A stretch of 46,852 bases of DNA from Rectinemataceae bacterium (lineage in GTDB: Bacteria > Spirochaetota > Spirochaetia > Treponematales > Rectinemataceae), in NCBI GenBank assembly GCA_049317365.1, contig JBMOIK010000001.1, positions 1 through 46,852 of the forward strand, in the 5' to 3' direction. This document shows, one piece after another, positions 20,701 to 28,821 of this stretch (positions within the stretch are counted from its first letter, which is position 1; each line of letters starts with the position of its first letter). Below the pieces are notes generated by a model. That model saw only the letters and a program-made list of their open reading frames with translations, had not been told where the DNA came from and did no database searches. The position numbers were made by a program, and so were the translations under genes.

Positions 20701-21248
20701 TTGACACGGAGCTGTACTCGAATACCGGTGGCCAGATGTCCAAGGCGACGCCGATCGGGGCAGTCGCAAAATTCGCCGCTGCAGGAAAAAGTCTGGGCAA
20801 GAAGGACCTAGGCATGATGGCCATGGTCTATGGGACGGCATATGTCGCCCAGATCGCGATGGGAGCCAACATGGCCCAGACAATTAGGGCTTTCCGCGAC
20901 GCGGAGAGTTATGACGGACCTTCCCTCATAATCGCCTACAGCCACTGCATCAACCACGGTATCGACATGACGACGGGGATGGACCAGCAGAAACTCGCTG
21001 TGGAGTCAGGCATATGGCCTCTCTACCGCTACGATCCCAGGCGCAGGGTCGAGGGCCTGAACCCCTTCCAGCTCGACTCCAAGGAGCCCGATCTTTCGAA
21101 GATGGAAGAATATACCTATAACGAAACGCGGTTCAGGAGTCTCCGCGACTCCGATCCCCTCCGCGCCGCCGAGTTGCTGGCCAGGCGCAGGCAGGACGTG
21201 GTGCGCAAGGACAGGGAATACCGCTATCTCGCCGCCAGACCATTTTGA
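17700..21248 (+). CDS. nifJ: pyruvate:ferredoxin (flavodoxin) oxidoreductase, single-polypeptide type
   Basis: 1182 aa, with two 4Fe-4S motifs (CIQCGQCTMVCPH, CTGCGACVHSCP) and the ThDP domain GGDGWAYDIGYGG. The ATG overlaps the creatininase stop (ATGA). Confidence 0.95.
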   Translation: MRKFVMLDGNAAAAHVAHAVSEVVVIYPITPSSPMGEISDEFSAQGRKNIWGTIPQVTEMQSEAGAAGAAHGAITTGSLTTTFTSSQGLLLMIPNMFKIAGECSPAVFHVAARAVAAHALSIFGDHQDVMAVRQTGWAMLSSNNVQEAMDMALIAHAATLEARVPFVHFFDGFRTSHEVAKIEELGYEVMRSMIPGRLVKAHRDRGLNPERPTLRGTAQNPDVYFIGREAANKYYLEVPGIVESCMEKLGSLTGRSYAPFEYKGARDAQRVIIVMGSGSEVVEEVVVCLAERGEKVGVLKVRLFRPFSGERFIAALPETVRRIAVLDRTKEPGALGEPLYEEVRVALCESGGLAGGNVWPLVTGGRYGLGSADFTPAMAKAVFDELRKDDPKPHFTIGIHDDVTHLSLPWDADFQIADDGIVECLFYGLGADGTVGANKNSIKMIGDETMNNAQGYFEYDSKKAGTYTISHLRFGPKAIRKPYLVSRADFIACHKFSFVEKLDMLGSAKIGAAFLLNSPYDESAVWKELPIEVQRQIIAKKLRLFVIDGMAIAERAGMKGRINTIMQTAFFKISGALPEKTAIGLIKEYTGKSYERKGADIVAKNMAAIDLALTGVREVRYPSTADGKHRMKSPVPSEAPSFVKEVLGQMIALRGSQLKVSQLPDDGTYPTGTTQYEKRNVAEKIPVWNPELCIQCGQCTMVCPHAVIRLKAYEARYAAGAPPAFKSIEAKGREFAGFRVSLQVAPEDCTGCGACVHSCPLKDKAAPGRKAINLEPQMPLRDTEAANWQFFLGIPNTDAKLLNLSTAKGISMRQPLFEFSGCCAGCGETPYVKLLSQLFGDRLSMGNASGCSSVYGGNLPTVPYSKRADGRGPVWSNSLFEDAAEFGFGMRLSADKQREYAREIVAEHSGSGIDDSLAAMLLSNKESTDEEIDAERTAVAKLRQCLASSGEDWALELLGVADALVRRSVWSMGGDGWAYDIGYGGLDHVLAMGRDINLLVLDTELYSNTGGQMSKATPIGAVAKFAAAGKSLGKKDLGMMAMVYGTAYVAQIAMGANMAQTIRAFRDAESYDGPSLIIAYSHCINHGIDMTTGMDQQKLAVESGIWPLYRYDPRRRVEGLNPFQLDSKEPDLSKMEEYTYNETRFRSLRDSDPLRAAELLARRRQDVVRKDREYRYLAARPF

Positions 21249-21391
21249 AGAGGTATCAAGCCACGGACATGGTTTCCACATTTTCATGCTGCCTGGGTAC
21301 GAGCCGAATGGAAGCTCTGCCAAAGAATATGCGAGCATGAGAAGGAAAGCACATCTGAGTGAGTACATATCCCCCAATCAGGAGTTCCGCA

Positions 21392-23110
21392 ATGAAGGAA
21401 ATGAACGGTGCCGAAGTGATGGTGAAAAGTCTCGAGGACCTGGGCATCAGGCAGGTCTTCGGCTATACCGGAGCCATCGTGCTTCCGGTCTTCCATGCGC
21501 TCGGCAAGAGTGGCATCGAGATCGTCATCAACTCCAATGAACAGTCCAGCGCCTTCAGCGCTGCCGCGTTTTCTCGCTCGAGCGCAGGGGTCGGAGTCGC
21601 TGTCGTCACCTCGGGTCCGGCAATCACCAATACGCTGACGGCAGTGGCCGATGCCGATGCAGACTCCATTCCCTTGCTCGTCTTCGCGGGCCAGGTGCCG
21701 CAGAACCGCCTCGGCACCGACGAATTCCAGCACATCAACGTGAACGAGGTATTTCATGAGGCAGCGAAGAAAGTCATTCTCATCGCGGAGAGCACCGACA
21801 TCGAGGCTACGATCAAGGACGCCTACTTCTTCGCCAAGGCAGGCAAGCCAGGCCCCGTCGTAATAGACTTTCCGATGGACCTCCAATTGAAAAAATGCGT
21901 CTATCAGGGAACGGACATCTCTCGCTACAAGTACAAGTATGACCAGGAGAATCATCTTGGACGGAATCAGTGCGAGCAGTTCTTCAGGATGCTGCAGGAG
22001 TCGAGGCGTCCGCTCCTGTACATCGGTGGTGGCCTGCAATCACAGGTTGCCAGCGACAGGATCCGCCGCTTCAACAAGAAGCTCAACATACCCTCGATCA
22101 ACAGCCTCACGGGGAAGGGTATCCTCGATGAATCGCTCGACACCTCACTCGGCATGCTCGGACTCTTCGGCGTGCCCTATGCGAACAAGGCGATTCAGGA
22201 AACGGACCTGTTCATAGCATTCGGCGTTCGCTGGAACGACCGGGTGGTACAGAAGGTCGGGGAGGAGGGACTGATCGCGGAGATAGCGTACATCGACATC
22301 AATGCCGAAAAGGTGCAGGAGGTACGGGCAACCCGCAATCCGAAGTTCTCCTTCATCGGGGACGCCTGCATCGTTCTCGAGGACCTGCTCGAGTATCTGG
22401 AAGAGCATCCCGTCTCGCTCGCGATAGACGGATGGCGCGCAAGGGCAGCGGAGCTCAAGCAAAAATACACGCTCAATTACAACCGTCAGTCGGAGCACGT
22501 GCAATCGGCGGAAGTCATGGACCGGCTCTCCAGGCACATCACTCCCACGACCATTTTCACCACAGGGGTCGGGAACCATCAGATGCTTGCGGCCCAGTAT
22601 CTGAAAACGCTGCGTCCCAATTCGTTCCTGACCTCGGGCGCCTTTGGAACCATGGGATTCTCCCTTCCCAGCTCCATCGGGGCCTACTACGCGAATCCTG
22701 ACGCCACCGTGATCGCCATCGACGGCGACAGCAGCATCAAGATGAATATGGGGGAAATCCACACAATCGGCTCGCTCGGGCTGCCGATCAAAGTCCTCCT
22801 CCTCAACAATCACGGCGACGGGATGATCCGGGGAATCCAGGCATCGCTGTATGAGGCCCGGTATACAGGATCAGAACGCGCGACAGACGCGAATTTCGCC
22901 AATATCGCCCGGGAGTGCGGATTCCATTGGACGCGGAAGATCCGCAGTCGCGAGGAACTCGAGCCTGCCCTAAAGGAGTTCCTCGAGGCGGAGGGATCGT
23001 GCTTCCTGGAGGTCGTGGTGGACAAGGACGAGTCGGTCTATCCGCGCATTCCCATCGGGAAGGGCTACAAGGATATGATTCTCGGGCCCTACATCAAGGA
23101 GAGCTGCTGA
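21392..23110 (+). CDS. acetolactate-synthase-large-subunit-like ThDP enzyme
   Basis: MKEMNGAEVMVKSLEDLGIRQVFGYTG and the ThDP motif IDGDSSIKMN...LLNNHG. AGGAG lies upstream of the ATG at 21392. No small regulatory subunit gene follows. Confidence 0.85.
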   Translation: MKEMNGAEVMVKSLEDLGIRQVFGYTGAIVLPVFHALGKSGIEIVINSNEQSSAFSAAAFSRSSAGVGVAVVTSGPAITNTLTAVADADADSIPLLVFAGQVPQNRLGTDEFQHINVNEVFHEAAKKVILIAESTDIEATIKDAYFFAKAGKPGPVVIDFPMDLQLKKCVYQGTDISRYKYKYDQENHLGRNQCEQFFRMLQESRRPLLYIGGGLQSQVASDRIRRFNKKLNIPSINSLTGKGILDESLDTSLGMLGLFGVPYANKAIQETDLFIAFGVRWNDRVVQKVGEEGLIAEIAYIDINAEKVQEVRATRNPKFSFIGDACIVLEDLLEYLEEHPVSLAIDGWRARAAELKQKYTLNYNRQSEHVQSAEVMDRLSRHITPTTIFTTGVGNHQMLAAQYLKTLRPNSFLTSGAFGTMGFSLPSSIGAYYANPDATVIAIDGDSSIKMNMGEIHTIGSLGLPIKVLLLNNHGDGMIRGIQASLYEARYTGSERATDANFANIARECGFHWTRKIRSREELEPALKEFLEAEGSCFLEVVVDKDESVYPRIPIGKGYKDMILGPYIKESC

Positions 23111-23132
23111 TGGCGTCAGGGTGAGGCGCGGC

Positions 23133-25847
23133 TCAGGCCAGTCCCAGTTCGCGAGCCCTGACGATGGCCTGGGTCCGACTCTCGACGCCAAGACGGTTGT
23201 AGAGCCGGGTAATGTGCGATTTTACCGTGCTGACCGAGATGAAGAGGTTGTTCGCTATCTCCTGGTTGTCCATGCCGACGGCGATCAGGCGGAGGACCTC
23301 GAGTTCCCGCTCGCTGAAGGCTGCGGCGATGCGTGAACCCGAGCTTCGGTCCGTCTTGCCGCGTGCCGCAGCGGTGATGCGGGCTGCGGCTTCGAGGTGC
23401 TTGCCCCCCTGCGCGAGGGCCTGCACCATGCCCAGGGTTTCCTTGCCCTCGTCGGCGAAGATGCGCACAAAGCCTTCGGATCCAGCCAGGGAAAGGGCCT
23501 CGTCGAGGGTTGCAAAAGCCTCAGCTCGCCGCGAGGCCAGGTCGAGAATGCGAGCCTTGACGATACAGATCTCGATGCGGCTGCCAGTGCGGCCAGAGTC
23601 CTTGGCCTTGTCGGCCAAGGACTCGATCATCGCAAGGATATCGCTGCTTTCCATCGAGGCCCCCCGCGCTCGGGCTCCGCTGAGATACACCCGGGCCATG
23701 GTGAGGTGCTCGTCCTCGAGCGGGTAGGGCAGCTGTCGCAACGCAGGGAGTGGGTGTGCTTCGATCCATCGTTCGAGTTCGTCGAGCGGCAATCTGTCGG
23801 CAGCCAGCTCGAGCCTTGTCTGGAATTGCCGGCACCAGGCCATGAGCGAGTCGGATTTTGTCGAAGCAGCGGCCTCGTTCGAGCGCTTGAGCGATCGATC
23901 CATGCCGACAAAGTCCCCACGCGCGAACTCGCAGCGCGCCATTGCGACAAAGCCTACGCACAGATAGCGGAGAAAGCCGGCTGGACCACTTTGGGCTATG
24001 CCAAGGGTGAGCATGGCCTCCGCGCTGTCGAGTTCATCCCGCTCCCGGAGTATGTCCCCAAGGAGGATGTAGGCCTGGGCCAGGGGGAAGGTCGGACGGG
24101 TACCGCCCTCCGCAAGCTCGATCACTTCACGGCATATCCGTTCCGCATCGCCCAGGGAACCCATCTTAGTGGCGATACGAGCGAGGTCCATGCGCAAGGC
24201 CAGTCCCGGTATGCGGGTTTCCTTCGCGTCAAGCGAGGCTAGCGCCTCCGAATAGGAATCCCGCGCCGAGCGGAAATCATCCATGTCGCGCAGTCCGTCC
24301 CCGAGGGCGTCGAGGACAGCCGAGCGGCCGACCCTCTCATCCTGGGAAATATGGGGAAGGGCTTCCCTTGCGATGGAGACAGCCTGCGCGGCGTCGCCCT
24401 TGCTTACGGCGACAAAGGCCCGCAGGGCGCAGGCCTGGGCGAGGAGGCTGCTGACGTCAGGCCCGTCGTCGTTTTTCCAGCCAATTGTGCCTTCCGGTCG
24501 GCCGATGGCGGAGAGGGCTGCCCGCACGTAAGACTCCACTACGCCAAGGTCGGCCTTCATGAAATGCGCCCAGGCATAGAGCATGGGAATCCGGGGATTG
24601 GAATGGCGCATCTCGGGGGGCAGCATGCCAAGCCACGAAAGGAGCGTGCCGATCTCGCCGCTCATTGCCAGCGTGACGGAGGCCCGATCGAGGACAGCGG
24701 CCGCGAGCCCATAATCCTTGGCCGCAAAGGCATGGGCCGCAGCCTCGAATGATTGCCCATCCGACTCGTACCAGAGGGCGGCGGTCCGATGGAGGCCCGG
24801 CTCCTCCCCCGGCAGGCGCTGGACCAGCCTGCTGCGGAGAAGGTCGGAGAAAAGGTGGTGATACCGGTACCAGCGGCGCCTGTCGTCAAGCACAATTATG
24901 AATAGATTTTCACGTTCGATCGCTTCGAGCCGGGCCTGGGATCCCGTTTCCCCCATCACGGCGTCACAGAGTTCGGCGGTCATCCGGTCGAGGATGGAAG
25001 TCTTGAGGAGGAATCGCTGCACATTCTCGCTCTGGCGGTTGAAAACCTCGTCGGCAAGGTAGTCGAGCACATAACGGTTGGATCCCGCGAAGTCCCTGAC
25101 AAAACGGTCGATGTCCTCCCGGCCCTCCATCGCGAGGGCCGCGAGCCGCAGGCCGGCAATCCATCCCTCGGTGCGGTCGTCAAGGGACGCGATGTGGTCC
25201 TTCGAGAGACCCAGTCCGTTCTTCTCGTTGAAGAAAAGTTCCGTTTCGCGCAGCGAAAAGCGAAGATCCTTTTCGTGCAGCTCGAGAACCTGGTTCTGCG
25301 CGCGGAGGAGGGGCAACTGGAGAGGAGGCTCCGTGCGCGAGGCCACGGCGATACGGATTCCGTCGGGAAGATTCTTGATGAGATAGGAGATTTCGCGGTG
25401 TATGTCGGGATTTACGATGGCGTTATAGTCGTCGAACACGATGAGCGCGCGGAACTTCGTCTGCGAGCCAGGGGTCGATGATGGCCATTGGGTCGAGAGC
25501 CAGGTGAGCAGGCTTTCTGCGGAATTCGGTGCCGGACCGGGGGGGTGGCTGGGCGAAGCACGCTGAAGTCCCGCGCCGATGGCTCGGGCCAGGGAAGCAT
25601 GGAGATATGAGAAAAAACGCTCGCGGTCATTGTCTCCCTGATCGAGGGAGAGCCAGGCGGCTGGCAAGCCCTGATCCCTGACCCAGTCGCTGAGAATGGT
25701 TGTCTTGCCGAAACCCGGAGGCGTGGAAATGACGATAAGCTTCCTCGCCATGCCTTCGCGGAGCCGAGAAGTTAGGCGTTCACGGACTACGGTATTGCCA
25801 TGCTGGGAGGGAACGACCAGCTTCATGTCGAGGATAGCGCCTATCAT
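23133..25847 (-). CDS. MalT-like STAND ATPase / LuxR-family transcriptional regulator (904 aa)
   Basis: N-terminal Walker A PPGFGKTT, a long helical/TPR-like middle, and a C-terminal LuxR HTH LSERELEVLRLIAVGMDNQEIANNLFISVSTVKSHITRLYNRLGV. SD AGGGAGAGGG upstream. Confidence 0.9.
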   Translation of the reverse strand: MIGAILDMKLVVPSQHGNTVVRERLTSRLREGMARKLIVISTPPGFGKTTILSDWVRDQGLPAAWLSLDQGDNDRERFFSYLHASLARAIGAGLQRASPSHPPGPAPNSAESLLTWLSTQWPSSTPGSQTKFRALIVFDDYNAIVNPDIHREISYLIKNLPDGIRIAVASRTEPPLQLPLLRAQNQVLELHEKDLRFSLRETELFFNEKNGLGLSKDHIASLDDRTEGWIAGLRLAALAMEGREDIDRFVRDFAGSNRYVLDYLADEVFNRQSENVQRFLLKTSILDRMTAELCDAVMGETGSQARLEAIERENLFIIVLDDRRRWYRYHHLFSDLLRSRLVQRLPGEEPGLHRTAALWYESDGQSFEAAAHAFAAKDYGLAAAVLDRASVTLAMSGEIGTLLSWLGMLPPEMRHSNPRIPMLYAWAHFMKADLGVVESYVRAALSAIGRPEGTIGWKNDDGPDVSSLLAQACALRAFVAVSKGDAAQAVSIAREALPHISQDERVGRSAVLDALGDGLRDMDDFRSARDSYSEALASLDAKETRIPGLALRMDLARIATKMGSLGDAERICREVIELAEGGTRPTFPLAQAYILLGDILRERDELDSAEAMLTLGIAQSGPAGFLRYLCVGFVAMARCEFARGDFVGMDRSLKRSNEAAASTKSDSLMAWCRQFQTRLELAADRLPLDELERWIEAHPLPALRQLPYPLEDEHLTMARVYLSGARARGASMESSDILAMIESLADKAKDSGRTGSRIEICIVKARILDLASRRAEAFATLDEALSLAGSEGFVRIFADEGKETLGMVQALAQGGKHLEAAARITAAARGKTDRSSGSRIAAAFSERELEVLRLIAVGMDNQEIANNLFISVSTVKSHITRLYNRLGVESRTQAIVRARELGLA

Positions 25848-26152
25848 GCTCCCTCTCCCTTATGGTGTTCCGCGGGATTCTCGGCCGATGCCGGATACGC
25901 CCGCAGCAGTCTAGTCCCTGAAAGTTCTTCCGTCAACGATCTTCGTACCACGAAGGCCCGCCGGAGGCATTGCCGCAGGGTCGGGCGGACGCCACCATAC
26001 CCACGGTTCATACCAAAGGACAGTAGCACGCATCGGAGAGCGATAATACCCTGCATCATCGGAGTCTAGCCTGACTTTTGCGCTGTAAAGGGCACCGATG
26101 GCCGCGAGGGCTTTTCGCGGATGAATCACCAGGAAATGCGGAGGTTGCGCGA

Positions 26153-27499
26153 ATGAGCGACATGGCACGGAAACAGAAGGGGATCCCCTGGAACCAGATC
26201 ATGGTGTTCTCCATGTGGTTCGCCTCCTGGAATATACTGTGGGGTATCTATAACAATTACCTCCCGGTCCTCCTGCAGGCCGGTGGCGTCAACTACAATA
26301 TCAAAGGAGCCTCTTCAGCCCTCGGTTTTGGCCTTGGCGCCTTCGCCGTGGGCATCGTGATGAGCCTCGACAATGTGGCCGGTTCCATCCTGAAGCTGAT
26401 ATTCGGGCCCTTGGCAGACCGCGCGAAAAGCAAGAAGAAAATTCTCCTCATCTCGGGCTCCGTAGCTGCGATCGCCTACGCGCTCATCCCCTTCGGTTTC
26501 ATGGGCATCACAGCCGAGACCTCAGGCAAGATAGATCTCCTGAACGGCTCATTCATCTTTACCCTCATAGTCCTCAGCGTGATGATCGCTGCCTGGGGCA
26601 TAGCCGAACTCACCGAGTCGAGCCTGTTCCAGGTCATCCTGAGCTCTGAGCAGCGGGCCAAGGCAGCCGCCTACCGAGTTTTCGTGGGAGGCTTTGGCAT
26701 AGTTGTCACGCTTCTCCTGGGCAACATGCTCTACTCCGTGCACATGGGCCTGCCTTTCTGGATCGGCGCCGCGTTCTATGCTGTGACCCTCGTACTCTAT
26801 GCCCTCGTCATCAAGGAGCCGGAAAACACCCACTTTGAGACCAGGGGTGCTGACGGGAAGCTCGAGTCCATCGGAGCGCAGGTACGCGATGCGGTCCATA
26901 GCTTCAGCAGCGAGGCAAAAAAAGCCTTCCTCTACATATCCCTCAGCAAGTTCCTCCTCATCTTCGGAGTCATGGCATTCCAGACCTACGGTTCCTCCTA
27001 TATCGTAAATGTCCTGGGGATAAGCGAGGCGGCAGCGGGCAACTATACGATAATATTCTTCGCGGGCTACATGATATCTGCCCTGCCAGCTGGCTACCTG
27101 GCCAACAAGGTCGGCCGCAAGAACATGCTCCTCATGGCGCTGTTCATCTACGCGCTGGTCGGCATCATCCAATACATGTCTGGGGCTCTGGCCACCCTCA
27201 TTCCAGGCTTCTTCCTCCTGGGCCTTTCCACTGGCATTTCTGATGTCATCCCGGTGTGCATGGCCGCCGACACCGTCCCTGACAAGAAATACATGGGCAC
27301 GACAATGGGCGTCTACTTCTTCATAGCGTCCATGAGCGCGATCATCGCAGTGCCTCTCTTCGGGTGGATATTCGAGGCGACAAACAACAACTGGAACCTC
27401 ATGTGGCTCGGTGTCGCGATCACTGGCATCATCGGCCTCATCCTCATGGCGCTGAAACGGGGAAAGATCGGTGAGATGAAGCCCAGCGTGGTGGCTTGA
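26153..27499 (+). CDS. MFS-type transporter
   Basis: About 12 hydrophobic segments. GGAGG lies 8 nt upstream of the ATG at 26153. The track ORF from 26078 is an upstream extension. Confidence 0.85.
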   Translation: MSDMARKQKGIPWNQIMVFSMWFASWNILWGIYNNYLPVLLQAGGVNYNIKGASSALGFGLGAFAVGIVMSLDNVAGSILKLIFGPLADRAKSKKKILLISGSVAAIAYALIPFGFMGITAETSGKIDLLNGSFIFTLIVLSVMIAAWGIAELTESSLFQVILSSEQRAKAAAYRVFVGGFGIVVTLLLGNMLYSVHMGLPFWIGAAFYAVTLVLYALVIKEPENTHFETRGADGKLESIGAQVRDAVHSFSSEAKKAFLYISLSKFLLIFGVMAFQTYGSSYIVNVLGISEAAAGNYTIIFFAGYMISALPAGYLANKVGRKNMLLMALFIYALVGIIQYMSGALATLIPGFFLLGLSTGISDVIPVCMAADTVPDKKYMGTTMGVYFFIASMSAIIAVPLFGWIFEATNNNWNLMWLGVAITGIIGLILMALKRGKIGEMKPSVVA

Positions 27500-27528
27500 G
27501 GCTGCGCCCCACTCCGGGAAGGTCGAGA

Positions 27529-27549
27529 GTCCCGCCCACGCGGCGGGAC
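27529..27549 (+). terminator. GC-rich hairpin after the MFS gene (possible terminator or attenuator, no U tract)
   Basis: GTCCCGCC-cacgc-GGCGGGAC, a perfect 8-bp stem 30 nt after the stop codon. Confidence 0.3.
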
Positions 27550-27589
27550 CTGATCGTAGCGGCTATGAATATTCCAAGGGGGATCAAGG

Positions 27590-28798
27590 ATGTCCAACGA
27601 GGCGATCATATTTGATGCGGTTCGAACGCCGCGGGGAAGGGGCAGGAAGGACGGAGCGCTCAATGAGGTTCCGCCCATAGAGCTTCTGGCAACCCTGTTC
27701 AGGGCCTTGCGCGAGCGCAATGAACTCGCGACCGGCGAGGTCGATGACGTGATAGCCGGCTGTGTCATGCCGGTGGGAGACCAGGGGGCGGATATCGCTC
27801 GGAGCGCCCTCCTCTATGCAGGATGGGACCAATCAGTCCCGGGATTCCAGATCAATCGCTTTTGCGCCTCGGGTCTGGAGGCGGTTACAATTGCGGCGGA
27901 AAAGGTGCGGTCGGGATGGTCCGGCCTCGTGGTGGGGGGTGGCGTCGAATCAATGTCGCGCGTTCCCATGATGTCCGATGGCGGCCCCTATATCGGGCAG
28001 CCTCTTGCCAACCTCGACATCGACCTGGTGCCGCAGGGAGTTGCCGCGGATCTTCTTGCCACCATCGAAGGCTATAGCCGCGAGATGCTCGACGAATTCG
28101 CGATACGTTCCCAGCGGCTCGCGGGCAAGGCGCGCGACTCAGGGTGGTTCTCCTCGGTCGTGCCCGTCAAGGACCGCAATGGGATGATGATTCTCGAGAG
28201 GGATGAGGCTATCCGACCTGATGTCGACATGGCTGCCTTGGCAAAACTGAAACCTTCCTTCCAGCAGATGGCCGAATACGGCTTTGGAGCAGTCTGCCTC
28301 CAGAACTGGCCCGAGGTCGAGAAGATCCGCTACCTTCACACGCCGGGGAATTCCTCAGGCATCGTGGATGGCGCGGCCCTCGTTCTTGTCGGTTCGGCGG
28401 CAAAGGGGAAGGAACTCGGATTGAAGGCGCGGGCCCGCGTGGTTTCGGCGGGTGTCGTCGGCGTCGAACCCAGCCTCATGCTCCATGGCCCCGCCCCGGC
28501 ATCGAAGCAGGCGCTCGCCAAGGCCAGGATGAAGCTTTCTGACATAGACCTCATCGAATGCAACGAGGCATTTGCGGCCGTGCCGCTTCGCTTCATGCGC
28601 GAAATGGGCATCGACGACATGGACAGACTCAATGTGAACGGCGGGGCGATAGCCCTCGGGCATCCCCTCGGGGCCACCGGCGCGATGCTGGTGGGGCAGG
28701 CCATCGACGAGCTCGAGCGGCGAGGCAAATCCACGGCTCTCATCACGCTCTGTGTCGGCCTTGGCATGGGCCAGGCCCTGATCATCGAGCGCGTCTAA
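27590..28798 (+). CDS. acetyl-CoA C-acyl/acetyltransferase (thiolase)
   Basis: [28 protein letters not shown] and CVGLGMG. Confidence 0.95.
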   Translation: MSNEAIIFDAVRTPRGRGRKDGALNEVPPIELLATLFRALRERNELATGEVDDVIAGCVMPVGDQGADIARSALLYAGWDQSVPGFQINRFCASGLEAVTIAAEKVRSGWSGLVVGGGVESMSRVPMMSDGGPYIGQPLANLDIDLVPQGVAADLLATIEGYSREMLDEFAIRSQRLAGKARDSGWFSSVVPVKDRNGMMILERDEAIRPDVDMAALAKLKPSFQQMAEYGFGAVCLQNWPEVEKIRYLHTPGNSSGIVDGAALVLVGSAAKGKELGLKARARVVSAGVVGVEPSLMLHGPAPASKQALAKARMKLSDIDLIECNEAFAAVPLRFMREMGIDDMDRLNVNGGAIALGHPLGATGAMLVGQAIDELERRGKSTALITLCVGLGMGQALIIERV

Positions 28799-28821
28799 CG
28801 CAGCAGCGAGGAGGAAATCAC

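Noticed and set aside
23111-23132. Bidirectional terminator between the convergent ALS-like and regulator genes
   Set aside because: Only a 4-bp CTGA/TCAG inverted repeat is present in the 22-nt gap, which is too weak to call.
28558-28821. N-terminal extension of the FadB-type ORF (similar extensions at 16675-16926, 33947-34501, 37436-37537, 45593-45742, 26078-26152, 21359-21391, 9196-9228, 6741-6776 and 13391-13453)
   Set aside because: The extensions overlap the preceding genes or lack family similarity. In each case an internal start with an SD-like sequence or a stop/start overlap gives a product that begins where homologs begin.
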